Part shown: positions 51,032 to 60,620 of the stretch, in pieces | Position numbering within the stretch: position 1 is the stretch's first letter | How the letters are laid out: each line of letters opens with the position of its first letter | Assembly (NCBI GenBank): GCA_001464815.1 | Contig: LNDW01000024.1 | Coordinates: 4,712 to 68,711 of the forward strand | DNA from: Betaproteobacteria bacterium Ga0077527 | GTDB lineage: Bacteria > Pseudomonadota > Gammaproteobacteria > Burkholderiales > SG8-41 | Reading direction: 5' to 3' | DNA: 64,000 bases | Notes under the pieces: generated by a model | Database searches by the model: none | What the model saw: only the letters and a program-made list of their open reading frames with translations | Told to the model about the DNA's origin: nothing | Position numbers and translations under genes: made by a program

Positions 51032-51763
51032 ATGGAAAAAGTCCGTCTGTCCAAGCTGATGTCGGAGCAGGGTCTGTGCTCACGGCGCGAGGCCGACAGC
51101 TATATCGAGCGTGGCTGGGTGCTGGTCGATGGTGTGCCGGTCACCGAACTCGGTACCCGCATCCTGCCTGGCCAGGCCATCACCTTGGCTGCTGCTGCCC
51201 AGCACCGCCAGCAGGCCCGGGTCACCATCCTGCTGCACAAGCCGGTGGGTTATGTCTCGAGCCAGCCCGAAAAGGACTACCAACCCGCGGTGGCCCTGGT
51301 CACCGCGCCCAATCGCTACGAGAACGACCGCCATCCGCTGCGCTTCTCGCCACAGCATCTGAAGGGGCTGGCGCCCGCCGGGCGGCTGGACATCGACTCC
51401 ACCGGCCTGCTGGTGCTGACCCAGGACGGGCGCATCGCCAAGCAGCTGATCGGCGAAAACTCGGCAGTCGAAAAGGAATATCTGGTGCGGGTCAGCGGCC
51501 GGCTTTCCGCCGAAGGCCTCGCCCGCCTCAACCACGGCCTCGAGCTCGACGGCGAAAAACTGCGGCCGGCGCAGGTGTCCTGGCAGAACCGCGACCAGCT
51601 GCGCTTTGTGCTGCGCCAGGGCAAGAAACGGCAGATCCGCCGCATGTGCGAACTGGTTGATCTGCGCGTGAACGGACTCAAGCGCGTGCGCATCGGCAAG
51701 GTCATGCTCGGCGACCTGCCGGTCGGCCAGTGGCGCTATCTGCGCGAGGATGAGGGTTTCTAG
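51032..51763 (+). CDS. RsuA/RluB/RluF-family pseudouridine synthase with N-terminal S4 domain
   Basis: [19 protein letters not shown] (S4), [17 protein letters not shown] (catalytic Asp), KEYLVRV. ATG 51032 preferred over the TTG at 51011. Confidence 0.8.
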   Translation: MEKVRLSKLMSEQGLCSRREADSYIERGWVLVDGVPVTELGTRILPGQAITLAAAAQHRQQARVTILLHKPVGYVSSQPEKDYQPAVALVTAPNRYENDRHPLRFSPQHLKGLAPAGRLDIDSTGLLVLTQDGRIAKQLIGENSAVEKEYLVRVSGRLSAEGLARLNHGLELDGEKLRPAQVSWQNRDQLRFVLRQGKKRQIRRMCELVDLRVNGLKRVRIGKVMLGDLPVGQWRYLREDEGF

Positions 51764-51772
51764 ACTCTCGCC

Positions 51773-52450
51773 CTAAGCGCGCTGCGCCGCAACCAGTGCC
51801 GGCAGTTCGACAATGCTGTTGAGCAGATGGGTATGCCGCTCACCCTGCATCTGGTCGCGGCCATGCGCGCCTGAGAGCACACCGACATTGAGCGCAACCC
51901 CGGCGTTGTGGCCGGCCTGCAGGTCGAGCACGGTGTCGCCGGCATTGGCGACGCGGCGCACATCGGTCACACCCGCGGCTTCCATGCAGCGGAAGATCAT
52001 GTACGGCGCCGGGCGGCCCAGCGCCACTTCATCGCCGCAGATCACGGCATCCACCACACCCTGCCGCCAGCCCAGCGCATCAAGCAGCAGTTCCGTGGTT
52101 TCGCGGTCGAAGCCGGTGTTCAGCGCGACCTTGGTGCCGGCCTTGCGCAGCGCGGCGATGGCTTCGGGTGCGCCGGGCACCGGTTCAACGGTGCCGGCAA
52201 ACACCTCGGCGAGTTTTTTGACAAAGGTGGCGTAGACCAGCGCCGCGCGTGCTTCACGGCCGCTGCCCTCGGGCACCAAATTGAGGATCGCCAGACGTTT
52301 GCTTGCGCCTCGCAGGCTGTTGATCGCCTGTGGTGTCACCGCGATGTCGTGAGCGGCCAGTGCTTCGGTGAAGGCGCGCGGCACCTGGCCGGCATCACGC
52401 ACCGTGGTGCCGGCCATGTCGCAGACAGCGAGTTCGATCACCGGACTCAC
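51773..52450 (-). CDS. HAD-superfamily hydrolase (phosphonatase-like subfamily)
   Basis: Motif I AVCDMAGTTV. GTG start at 52450 overlaps the upstream stop (GTGA). Late motif GDTVLDLQAGHNAG. Confidence 0.7.
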   Translation of the reverse strand: MSPVIELAVCDMAGTTVRDAGQVPRAFTEALAAHDIAVTPQAINSLRGASKRLAILNLVPEGSGREARAALVYATFVKKLAEVFAGTVEPVPGAPEAIAALRKAGTKVALNTGFDRETTELLLDALGWRQGVVDAVICGDEVALGRPAPYMIFRCMEAAGVTDVRRVANAGDTVLDLQAGHNAGVALNVGVLSGAHGRDQMQGERHTHLLNSIVELPALVAAQRA

Positions 52451-52839
52451 GCCTTGCCCTCGATCTTGCTTTTGAGTTTGGCCTGGTACTTGTCGAGGTC
52501 GACGACAAAACGGTCGTGCTCGCATTCGCCGACCTGCTCGACGTCGTCGAACACCTTGATCTTCAGGCTCACCCGGCGGCGGTCGATGCCGAGCACCTCG
52601 ACTTCGGCACGTACGCGCTTGCCCATCGGCGTCGGCCCCATGTGGCGGATGGTGACCACCGCGCCAACCTGGCCCTGGCCCGGCTTGAGGTGCGGGGCGA
52701 TCAGTTCACCCGCCGAGGCTTCGCAGAACTGTACCATCGACGGGGTCGAGAACACGCGGTAATCACCGCGTTTGGTGGTCATCGCCTCGCTGACTTCGCG
52801 CTCGGCGACATGGGTCATGCCGACTTTCAGGGTTTCCAT
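52447..52839 (-). CDS. Hotdog-fold thioesterase (FlK-like / 4HBT-like)
   Basis: 130 aa. The pattern VFSTPSMVQFCE...HMGPTPMGKRVRAEVEV resembles fluoroacetyl-CoA-thioesterase-like hotdog proteins (recalled, unverified). Confidence 0.65.
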   Translation of the reverse strand: METLKVGMTHVAEREVSEAMTTKRGDYRVFSTPSMVQFCEASAGELIAPHLKPGQGQVGAVVTIRHMGPTPMGKRVRAEVEVLGIDRRRVSLKIKVFDDVEQVGECEHDRFVVDLDKYQAKLKSKIEGKA

Positions 52840-52908
52840 GGATGCCGGGCTGCCGCAACCGGCCGCCGCCTTGATGGTTGAAAATGGCTTTGCAGGTGCC
52901 GCCGGGGA

Positions 52909-53229
52909 TTACTGCTCGGGATAGGCGTCGAAGTCGATCGCATCGGCCGCGCAGCCAAGTGCGGCGGCCATGTTGTTGAGTGTTGATTCGGTCAGGGCCA
53001 CCACCTGGTAATCGGCATCAATGCCCTTGGCCGAGATGAAAGCCTGGGCACCGGCATTTGAAGTCCAGGTAACAATCAGCGCGGGGCGATCATCGCCCGG
53101 ATTGCGGCTGACCGGAAATCCGTCGGATTTGCTGACAATGGCAAACATTTGTGTAGTCCCCGCAGCAGTTTCACCAACCCCGAACATCTCCAACGACGAA
53201 ATCTTAGCCGCGACAAATGGCCGTCGCAA
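52909..53229 (-). CDS. Small hypothetical protein (79-106 aa, start uncertain)
   Basis: Open frame with moderate GC3. Candidate starts are TTG 53229, ATG 53187 and ATG 53148. No family recognised. Confidence 0.35.
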   Translation of the reverse strand: MRRPFVAAKISSLEMFGVGETAAGTTQMFAIVSKSDGFPVSRNPGDDRPALIVTWTSNAGAQAFISAKGIDADYQVVALTESTLNNMAAALGCAADAIDFDAYPEQ

Positions 53230-53311
53230 GCAGCATCCATGTGCCCGGGCCTGGCTGCTGCCGGGTCATTCCGGAAAATGACCGCGGTACGGGAGGTCTT
53301 TTCTACCCGTT

Positions 53312-53812
53312 TCAAGGGCTTGCGATCAGCTCCAGATTGACACCCTGGATGCGGACTCGATCACCGATCCGAAAGCGTCCGCCGTCCCGGCGCTGGTATA
53401 CGCCGAATGAGCCGTTGTCGAGGCGCACCGTGATTTCGTAAGTCGATTCTTCGAAGCGTGAACGCATCTCCGGAGTGCCAACGCCGCCAACAAAAACCTG
53501 ATCCTGTCCGCCCATCGGCAAGGCCATCACCGCACCGACCCGCACATCCGGTTCCGGACCACCGCTGCTGATCGCCGGATTCGACAGGCTGGAGGACAAA
53601 GTCTGTGCCTGTGGCCGCTGCACCCGGGTTTCGCGGACCGAGCGGATGACGCCACAGCGGTCACAGGGCTGCGCGGCGGTTTCGCGCGGCGGCGCCGAGT
53701 GGCGAAAATCGGGAATTTGCAGATATTGCGCCTGTGATGGCGCAATCCACAGCACGGCAACGCAGCAAAACAATGTACCCAGCCGGCGCAGGGCGATGCC
53801 AGGTACGCTCAC
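53312..53812 (-). CDS. Exported protein with CxxCG motif, distantly reminiscent of 17-kDa-antigen / glycine-zipper lipoprotein family C-terminal domains
   Basis: GTG 53812 overlaps the upstream SBP stop (GTGA). Signal-like LRRLGTLFCCVAVLWIAPSQAQ. CDRCGVIRSVRE and YEITVRLDNGSFGVYQRRDGGRFRIGDRVRI. Confidence 0.5.
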   Translation of the reverse strand: MSVPGIALRRLGTLFCCVAVLWIAPSQAQYLQIPDFRHSAPPRETAAQPCDRCGVIRSVRETRVQRPQAQTLSSSLSNPAISSGGPEPDVRVGAVMALPMGGQDQVFVGGVGTPEMRSRFEESTYEITVRLDNGSFGVYQRRDGGRFRIGDRVRIQGVNLELIASP

Positions 53813-54681
53813 TCTGCAAGACCCTGCAGAAAGTAGGCCGCCGAAAGCAGCAGGCTTGGCGGACCCAGTGCGCCAAACCACTCGGTGTAGATTTTGTCGA
53901 TACCGCCGCCACGATACAGGCCCGCCAGGGCGCGATTCACAGCCAGCCGGAAATCAGCGTCGTTGCGGGGCAGCGCAAAAGCATAAGGCTCGACCGAAAA
54001 ATCCTCGTCGAGCAACTGGAAGGCGCCCCTGGGTTTGCCGCCGGCAAAAACCGCGCCGATGAGCACAATGCGATCCGAGGCAAACCCGTCCACCTTGCGC
54101 TGCTCGAGCAGGCGGATACCGGCCTCGCGATCCGCAACCGTCTCGATCGTCGCACTGATGCCACGCTGTGCCAGGGTCTTTCTGAGAACGGCCTCGGTGG
54201 TGGTGGCTGAAATCACGGCAATGCGCCTGCCCGAAAAATCCGCCAGTCGGCGCAGCTCGGAATCCACACGAAGCAGAACGCCGCCACCATCGACAAAGGT
54301 GAGCAGGCTGAAGTCGACCTCGGCCTGGCGGGACAAGGTGTTGGTGGTCGTGCTGCACTCGATATCCACCCTGCCGCTGCGAACCGCGGCGAGCCGGTCC
54401 TGCAGCGTGAGCTCGATCCAGCGGATATCCAGCTTCTCCAGCTTGAGCTGGCCGCGTATGCTGCTGGCGATTTCCCGGCACAGGGCAATCGAATAGCCAC
54501 GCGGCTCAGCACCCGCGGTGCGCGAAGAAAAAGGCGCGCTGCCGCTGACATAGCCCATGGTGATTGTTCCTGACTGCCGGATTTTCTCCAGGGTATTGGT
54601 GGTGGGGCCGGACTGGGCTGTGGCGGTTGCCGCCGAGCAGGCGAACGCCACACTCAGGAAAAACATGACGATTCGGGACAT
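53809..54681 (-). CDS. Periplasmic solute-binding protein, family 3 (polar amino acid/ABC-type), without adjacent permease or ATPase
   Basis: Start MSRIVMFFLSVAFACSAATATAQS (ATG 54681). Type-2 PBP fold motifs (GTITMGY, DIECSTTTNT, DGFASD). Confidence 0.8.
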   Translation of the reverse strand: MSRIVMFFLSVAFACSAATATAQSGPTTNTLEKIRQSGTITMGYVSGSAPFSSRTAGAEPRGYSIALCREIASSIRGQLKLEKLDIRWIELTLQDRLAAVRSGRVDIECSTTTNTLSRQAEVDFSLLTFVDGGGVLLRVDSELRRLADFSGRRIAVISATTTEAVLRKTLAQRGISATIETVADREAGIRLLEQRKVDGFASDRIVLIGAVFAGGKPRGAFQLLDEDFSVEPYAFALPRNDADFRLAVNRALAGLYRGGGIDKIYTEWFGALGPPSLLLSAAYFLQGLAE

Positions 54682-54856
54682 GAAAACCTCGGAAAATTGA
54701 ATTCGCCTGGAAACGGGTGCGGCGCCGCGGCTTATTTGTCCGCGGGCTTCGCGCCGGCATCCCGCAGTGAAAAAAGGAAAGCGGAACCCCGAGCCAAACA
54801 GGTTTTCAGTATAGGCGACCTGTGCCCGCCCTGCCAGCAGCAAGGGGACGGCAGGC

Positions 54857-55777
54857 TCAGCCGTCGCGTTTGAGCACGGCCTCGATGTCTTCTGCCGGCA
54901 CCTTGATCTTCAGCCCGGCACGTTCCTGTTGCAGAATCAGGAAGGAACGCGAATCGCGCTTCTGCCAGCCGCGGTTCAACGCATCGGTCATTTCGGCATG
55001 AGTCATGTTGGCAAGACGCATCGGCACGCCGATTTCGCGCGCGAGTTCCGTGGCCAGCGTGACATCCTTGTGTGCAAGCTCCAGCGCAAAAGCCGGCGGA
55101 TCGAACTTGCCCTGCAGGAACTGGTCGCCCATGCGATCGAAGGAACGCTTGCGCCCGAGCGAACCCTGGCGGATCGCCGCCCACAGCGGCAGCGGATCAA
55201 CGCCGGCCTTGACGCCCATGGTGAACAGCTCGGCCAGCGCCAGTTGCATCGCGTAGCCGGCGCAGTTGTGCACCAGCTTGGCCACTGAACCGGCGCCGAT
55301 CAGTCCGATGTAAATGACCTGGTCGCCGACGGCATCGAGCACCTTGCGGCAGCGCTCGAACTCGGCCCGGTCGCCACCGACCCACAATGCCAGCTTGCCG
55401 GACTTCGCGCCTGCCGGCCCGCCGCTGACCGGGGCATCCAGCACCGAGACCTGTTTCGCCGCAAAACGGGCATGCAGTTCACGCACCACGGTCGGCGAAT
55501 TGGTCGACAGGTCGAACCACACAGAACCCGGTTTCATTACCTTGATCAGGCTTTCGCCGACGGCCTTCACTTCCTTCGGCCCTGGCAAAGAGGTCAGCAC
55601 CACGTCGGCATCGCGCCCGGCATCTTCGACTGTGTCTGCCCAGGTCGCCCCCGCCTTCAGATGCGGCTCGGCCGCGGCCTTGCGCAGGTCGTGTACGGTC
55701 AAAGTGAAACCGCCCTTGATCGCATTGAGCGCAATCGAAGCCCCCATGGTGCCAAGTCCGATGAATCCGACGTTCAT
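54857..55777 (-). CDS. NAD(P)-dependent beta-hydroxyacid dehydrogenase (3-hydroxyisobutyrate / tartronate semialdehyde reductase family)
   Basis: MNVGFIGLGTMG Rossmann motif and KLVHN, KD catalytic-region motifs. Confidence 0.85.
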   Translation of the reverse strand: MNVGFIGLGTMGASIALNAIKGGFTLTVHDLRKAAAEPHLKAGATWADTVEDAGRDADVVLTSLPGPKEVKAVGESLIKVMKPGSVWFDLSTNSPTVVRELHARFAAKQVSVLDAPVSGGPAGAKSGKLALWVGGDRAEFERCRKVLDAVGDQVIYIGLIGAGSVAKLVHNCAGYAMQLALAELFTMGVKAGVDPLPLWAAIRQGSLGRKRSFDRMGDQFLQGKFDPPAFALELAHKDVTLATELAREIGVPMRLANMTHAEMTDALNRGWQKRDSRSFLILQQERAGLKIKVPAEDIEAVLKRDG

Positions 55778-55805
55778 GTCTGCTCCAGTGGTTTTTTGCA
55801 GGGAA

Positions 55806-57005
55806 TTACCAGGCCGACTGCAGCGCGGCCATCAGGGTATCGCGCTCGCGCAAAAACTCGCGCTTCGGATCGGCGTTGAAATTCATCAGCGAACTTTCAA
55901 GTATTGCAGCAAGGCTGTCGCGCGGGATGTTCAGGTCACGCAGCCGCAGCGGCATGCCGGCCTCCGAAAACAGCCGTTCGACGGCATCAGCGGCGCGCAG
56001 ATGCGCCGGGGCATCACCACCGGCATCGAAAGCCTGTGCGATCAGCGCCATCGCCTCGGTATCGCGGCTGCCAAAATGGCGCATCACCGTCGCGGTCAGT
56101 GCCGAGTTTGCCTCGCCCTGGCCGACATGGGCGTGCAGGTTGAACAAGGCCGTGGCCAGCGCATAGACCACACGCGCCGGCCAGTGTTTTTCGGTCAGCG
56201 CACCGCCGTCATCGGCATCGCGGTTCTGCAGAAAGGCCGCCGCGCACATTTCGATGCGTGCGCCGGCATCCAGCGGATCGTTGATGCGTGCCAATGCGCC
56301 GCGTGCGAGGCGGAAAGCCTGCAGGCGGTCGCCTTCCGACAGCGGCGCCATGCGCGGCGCGCCAAGATTCATGATCGAGCGCCACAGCACCGAAGTACCG
56401 GTGGTGCGCACCAGCGAAACCGGCGCGGTGAGCAGGGCCTCTTCGTCCCAGAACAGCGCGGCAGGCCTGGTCTTGGGATCGAAGAATTCCATGCGGTTGG
56501 GCCGTGCCGGATCCTTCACCGCCGAACCGGCGCGGTTCTGTGCGGTGGTTGCCGCGGTCAGCACATTGATGACCGGCAGTTTCGGCGCCAGCAGCTTGGG
56601 GCTGATCGCAGGTGCGTTGTCCGGGTAGCGGGTGATCAATTGATCAACGGGGGCCTGCTCGGCGAGCAGGATCGCCACCACCCGCGTGCCCTGGATCACG
56701 CTGCCGGAGCCGACGGCAATCAGCAGATCGGCATTCGCTGCACGCGCGGCGGCGGCGGCGGCCTGCACCGAAGCCAGTGTGGTGTCTTTTTCGATTTCGT
56801 CATAACGCCCGGCATAGGCCGGACCAAGAATGTGCTGGATTCGATCAACCAGCTTCGTCTTGCGTGACACGCTGCGGCCGCAGACAACGAAGGCTTTCTG
56901 CGACTTCAGCCGCTTGATTTCCGCCGGCAGGTTTTCCAGCGCGTCGAGGCCGCTGTACAGGCGCAGCGGATAGCCGGTGGCACGGAAATCGTGCTGGTAG
57001 CTCAT
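55806..57005 (-). CDS. Iron-containing alcohol dehydrogenase family protein (maleylacetate-reductase-like)
   Basis: 399 aa with AVGSGSVIQGTRV and conserved His region (HAHVGQ). ATGA overlap with the upstream gene. Confidence 0.8.
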   Translation of the reverse strand: MSYQHDFRATGYPLRLYSGLDALENLPAEIKRLKSQKAFVVCGRSVSRKTKLVDRIQHILGPAYAGRYDEIEKDTTLASVQAAAAAARAANADLLIAVGSGSVIQGTRVVAILLAEQAPVDQLITRYPDNAPAISPKLLAPKLPVINVLTAATTAQNRAGSAVKDPARPNRMEFFDPKTRPAALFWDEEALLTAPVSLVRTTGTSVLWRSIMNLGAPRMAPLSEGDRLQAFRLARGALARINDPLDAGARIEMCAAAFLQNRDADDGGALTEKHWPARVVYALATALFNLHAHVGQGEANSALTATVMRHFGSRDTEAMALIAQAFDAGGDAPAHLRAADAVERLFSEAGMPLRLRDLNIPRDSLAAILESSLMNFNADPKREFLRERDTLMAALQSAW

Positions 57006-58441
57006 CCGGCGCGTGCCGCCTGGTAGCGCTCGAAGCCCGCCAGCGCAGCCAGTGGATGTCCGGCGTTGGCCATCTCGTCGTACACCGGCACACCCAGTGC
57101 CACCGCCTTGTCGCGGAATTCGCGTTTGCGTGCTTCGAGGCCGGGTTCACCGTCGGAACGCAGCACCAGAATGAAATGCGACTGCCCCGGATATTTTTGC
57201 TGCACCCGCATCGCAGCAGCCACCAGGTTGTCGAGTACTTCGGGCTTGGTGCGTCCGACAAAGGCCGAAAGGTTGAGGTGCATCACCAGCGCTTCGGGCT
57301 TGCCCTGGCCGCAGATGATGTCGAGGATTTTTTCGGCGACACGGCCGTCATCCTGCTGCAGCGTTCCGACCGGGCAGTCCACCGGATTGGTGATGCTGGT
57401 GCCGGGAGGCAGCTTGAGTTCCGCCAGTGCGTCGATCACATCCTGCGCGAACGGCGTCACATCCAGCCCGAGTCGCGCGTAACAGTCGGTGGCCAGCACG
57501 CTGGTGCCACCGCCGTTGCCAAACAACACGACGTTCTGTGTCGGCCGCTGTGCACGCGGCGTCAGGGTCTGGAATATCAGCAGTGTGTCGATGAACTGGT
57601 CCAGCGTATCGACCAGCATGCAGCCGGTCTGCCGCGCCAGCGCCACCCACACACGGTCGTCACCGGCCAGCGAGCCGGTATGGGAGGCGGCAGCGGCCAG
57701 ACCCTGCTGCGTGCGGCCGCCCTTCAGGATCACCACCGGTTTCGAGGCTTTGGCATTGCGCAGGATGTCGAACAGGCGGCGACCGTCCTTGGCGGTTTCG
57801 ATATACATGCCAATGACTTTGGTCTGCGGGTCGGCGAGATAGAACTCGAGCAGATCGGAAGGGGTCACATCGGCGCAGTTGCCGACGGTGACCAGGCCCG
57901 AGAACTTCAGCCCGCGCGACAGGCCGCGGCGGATGATGTCGGTGCCGAGGCCGCCACTTTGCGACACGATGCCGACGTGCCCGACTTCTTTTGGGCCGAT
58001 TTCGGCGAAGGTCACGCGGCCGCGTGGTGTGTAGATGCCGAGGCAGTTCGGCCCGAGCAGGCGCATGCCGCCGGCTTTCGCCGCCTGCACCAGTTCATCC
58101 TGCAGGCCCTTGCCCTCATCAACCTCACCGAAGCCGCTGGAAATCACCTGCGCGAAACGCACATGGCCTTTTGCCGCGGCAAGCATGCCCGGAATCTGCG
58201 CGCCGGACACCGCGATGTAGGCGTAGTCCACCGGTTTCGGTGTGTCGGCCAGTGTCTTGTAGGCGGTCAGGCCGTCGATTTCCGCCGCGGCAGGGTGGAT
58301 CGGATAGATGTCGCCGCTGAAACCGAACTCGCGGATGCGGCGGATGAAGACATTGGGCAGCGCATTGCCCTTGGTTGAGGCGCCAATGACGGCAACGGTT
58401 TTGGGCGCAAACAGCGGCGTGAATTGTTCGAGGATGTTCAT
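57002..58441 (-). CDS. ADP-forming acyl-CoA synthetase, CoA-binding / ligase-CoA subunit
   Basis: VAVIGAS...LLGPNCLG...IVSQSGG, followed by a phosphohistidine-loop region (ASHTGSLAG). Confidence 0.8.
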   Translation of the reverse strand: MNILEQFTPLFAPKTVAVIGASTKGNALPNVFIRRIREFGFSGDIYPIHPAAAEIDGLTAYKTLADTPKPVDYAYIAVSGAQIPGMLAAAKGHVRFAQVISSGFGEVDEGKGLQDELVQAAKAGGMRLLGPNCLGIYTPRGRVTFAEIGPKEVGHVGIVSQSGGLGTDIIRRGLSRGLKFSGLVTVGNCADVTPSDLLEFYLADPQTKVIGMYIETAKDGRRLFDILRNAKASKPVVILKGGRTQQGLAAAASHTGSLAGDDRVWVALARQTGCMLVDTLDQFIDTLLIFQTLTPRAQRPTQNVVLFGNGGGTSVLATDCYARLGLDVTPFAQDVIDALAELKLPPGTSITNPVDCPVGTLQQDDGRVAEKILDIICGQGKPEALVMHLNLSAFVGRTKPEVLDNLVAAAMRVQQKYPGQSHFILVLRSDGEPGLEARKREFRDKAVALGVPVYDEMANAGHPLAALAGFERYQAARAG

Positions 58442-58445
58442 ATGC

Positions 58446-59153
58446 CTAGCCCAGAATGAAGCGTGCGTCGACCGCGACTGCCGCGGACTCGGACACGATC
58501 AGCGGATTGATGTCCGCCTCGCTGATATCGGCCGCGTGTTTCAGCAGCAGGCCGTCTTCGCCGCCGATTTTCATCAGCACATCGATGATGGCTTCGCGCG
58601 AAGCCGGTTTGCCGCCGCGCGCCCCCTTGAGGATCGCCGCAGCCTTCAGTTCGTCGAGCATCTCTTCGGCATCGATGCGCGCGATCGGGCACAGGCGGAA
58701 GGATACGTCCTTGAAGATTTCGACAAATATGCCGCCGAGGCCGACCATCACCAGCGGCCCGAACTGCGGGTCGCGCAGGCCGCCGATCACCAGTTCATGT
58801 CCGGACGGCGCCATTTCCTCGACCAGAAAACCTTCGATGCGCGCGCCCTTGATCTTCGGCGCGGCAAGCATGCCCTCGATCGCGGCCTTCACTTCGGCGG
58901 CCGAGCGCAGATTGATCTTCACGCCGCCGGCATCACTTTTGTGCAGGATGTCCGGTGACATCACTTTCACCACCACCGGGGTCTGCAGGCCGTTCATCAC
59001 CGCATCGACATCGGCCACACCCTTCGCGACCCGCGATTGCGGCACCCGGATGCCATACGCACCGAGCAATTGTTTGCCGGCGCTTTCGTCGAGCGCATTA
59101 CGGCCCGCGGCTTTGGCTGCCAAAACAATCGTATCTATTTGATTTTTAATCAT
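58446..59153 (-). CDS. ADP-forming acyl-CoA synthetase, ATP-grasp subunit
   Basis: 235 aa with VVVKVMSPDILHKSDAGGVKINL, typical of ATP-grasp_5 domains of NDP-forming acyl-CoA synthetases. Confidence 0.75.
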   Translation of the reverse strand: MIKNQIDTIVLAAKAAGRNALDESAGKQLLGAYGIRVPQSRVAKGVADVDAVMNGLQTPVVVKVMSPDILHKSDAGGVKINLRSAAEVKAAIEGMLAAPKIKGARIEGFLVEEMAPSGHELVIGGLRDPQFGPLVMVGLGGIFVEIFKDVSFRLCPIARIDAEEMLDELKAAAILKGARGGKPASREAIIDVLMKIGGEDGLLLKHAADISEADINPLIVSESAAVAVDARFILG

Positions 59154-60499
59154 ATTTTTCTGCCGGTCACTTCGCCGATGATGCCAGTGTGGACACGTCC
59201 TTCACGGAACTGGCCCGAACGCAGGATGTTCACCACCGCGGGAATGTTGTGCTTGAGGCCCTGGATGTCGAAACCTTCCAGCGCCTCCACGAGTTTGTCG
59301 ATCGCCGCCTCGCGCGTGGCTGCGCGCACGATGACCTTGGCGATCATCGGATCGTAGTGCGGCGTAACATCGCGGCCTTCGGCATAACCGGTATCGACAC
59401 GGATGCCTTCGCCCTCGGGCGGACGGAACACGGTCAGCTTGCCCGGCGACGGGAAAAAGTTTTTCGGATCCTCGGCGTAAACCCGCGCCTGGATCGCATG
59501 GCCCTTCACCTCGGGTTTCCCGGGCAGGATGTCGGCCAGTTTTTCACCGGCCGCGGAACGAATCTGCGCGCGCACCAGATCGACACCCGTGACCTCCTCG
59601 GTCACGCCGTGCTCGACCTGCAGCCGTGTGTTCATTTCAAGGAAGTTGAACGAGCCGTCGGCGCCGAGCAGCATCTCCACCGTGCCGATGTTGTCGTAGC
59701 CCATCGTACGCATGATGCCGGCGATCTGGTCGGCAACACCCACCGCCTTGTCGCGCGGAATCAGCGGCCCCGGCGCCTCTTCGACCACTTTCTGGTTGCG
59801 GCGCTGGGTCGAGCAGTCGCGCTCGAACAGATGCATCGCGCCGCCGTGCTGGTCGCCGAGGATCTGGAATTCAACGTGGCGCGGCCGCTCGATCAGTTTT
59901 TCCAGATAGACCTCGCTGGTGCCAAAGCCGCGGCTGGCCATCGAACGGGAGCGCTCAACCGCAGTCAGCAGTTCGGCTTCATCCTTCGCCGGCAGCATGC
60001 CGATGCCACCACCACCACCCGCGGGTTTCACCAGCACCGGAAAGCCGATCTTGCGCGCGGCGGCGAGGATCGCATCGTTGTCATCGGGCAAGACGTCGGA
60101 CCCCTGCGACATCGGCATGCCGTACTGCGCGGCGATGTCGCGGGCACGGGTTTTGTGGCCCATGGCGTCTATCCATTTCGGCGACGGCCCGATGAAATGC
60201 GAACCGGCATCAATGACCTTCTGCGCAAAGCCGGCGTTTTCGGACAGGAAGCCGTACCCCGGATGCAGGCCGTCAGCGCCGGATTTTTTCAGCACCTCGA
60301 TGATGGTGTCCTGGTTGAGATAACTTTCGCGTGCGGGCGCGGGACCGATGGCAAAGGTCTGGCTGGCCATTTCCAGATAGGGTGCGTGATGATCGGCCTC
60401 GGAATACACCGCGACCGACGGAATGTTCATCGCATTCAGCGCGCGCAGCACACGGGCGGCGACAGCGCCACGATTGGCTATAACAACTTTGTTAAACAT
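59150..60499 (-). CDS. Biotin carboxylase (stand-alone, no fused BCCP)
   Basis: MFNKVVIANRGAVAARVLRA, GGGGIGM, EMNTRLQVEH. 449 aa, ending right after the BC C-terminal domain. Confidence 0.9.
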   Translation of the reverse strand: MFNKVVIANRGAVAARVLRALNAMNIPSVAVYSEADHHAPYLEMASQTFAIGPAPARESYLNQDTIIEVLKKSGADGLHPGYGFLSENAGFAQKVIDAGSHFIGPSPKWIDAMGHKTRARDIAAQYGMPMSQGSDVLPDDNDAILAAARKIGFPVLVKPAGGGGGIGMLPAKDEAELLTAVERSRSMASRGFGTSEVYLEKLIERPRHVEFQILGDQHGGAMHLFERDCSTQRRNQKVVEEAPGPLIPRDKAVGVADQIAGIMRTMGYDNIGTVEMLLGADGSFNFLEMNTRLQVEHGVTEEVTGVDLVRAQIRSAAGEKLADILPGKPEVKGHAIQARVYAEDPKNFFPSPGKLTVFRPPEGEGIRVDTGYAEGRDVTPHYDPMIAKVIVRAATREAAIDKLVEALEGFDIQGLKHNIPAVVNILRSGQFREGRVHTGIIGEVTGRKI

Positions 60500-60512
60500 T
60501 TGAAAACCTTTT

Positions 60513-60608
60513 TAGCCACAGAGGGCACAGAAAAAACTATCCGGCAATCGATAACGCTGCCGTGATGTTTTTGAAGTTCTCTGTGCTCTCTGTGTCCTCT
60601 GTGGCTTA
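60513..60608. repeat. CACAGAG-type imperfect palindromic element (about 95 bp) in the CT2-BC intercistronic gap
   Basis: Left arm TAGCCACAGAGGGCACAGA. Right arm TCTCTGTGCTCTCTGTGTCCTCTGTGGCTTA, the reverse complement of the left arm with one extra CACAGAG unit. Confidence 0.75.
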
Positions 60609-60620
60609 ATGCTGTTGATG

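Noticed and set aside
59121-59153. AT-rich first codons of the ATP-grasp gene (ATGATTAAAAATCAAATAGATACGATTGTTTTG) and of the biotin carboxylase gene (60470-60499, ATGTTTAACAAAGTTGTTATAGCC, with a TAACAA-ag-TTGTTA dyad).
   Set aside because: The sequence is similar in flavour to the AT-rich 18-mer family, but it lacks the AATAAAATCAAT core and a full IHF consensus. AT-rich codons at gene starts are adequately explained by selection for weak mRNA structure around internal initiation sites in GC-rich operons.
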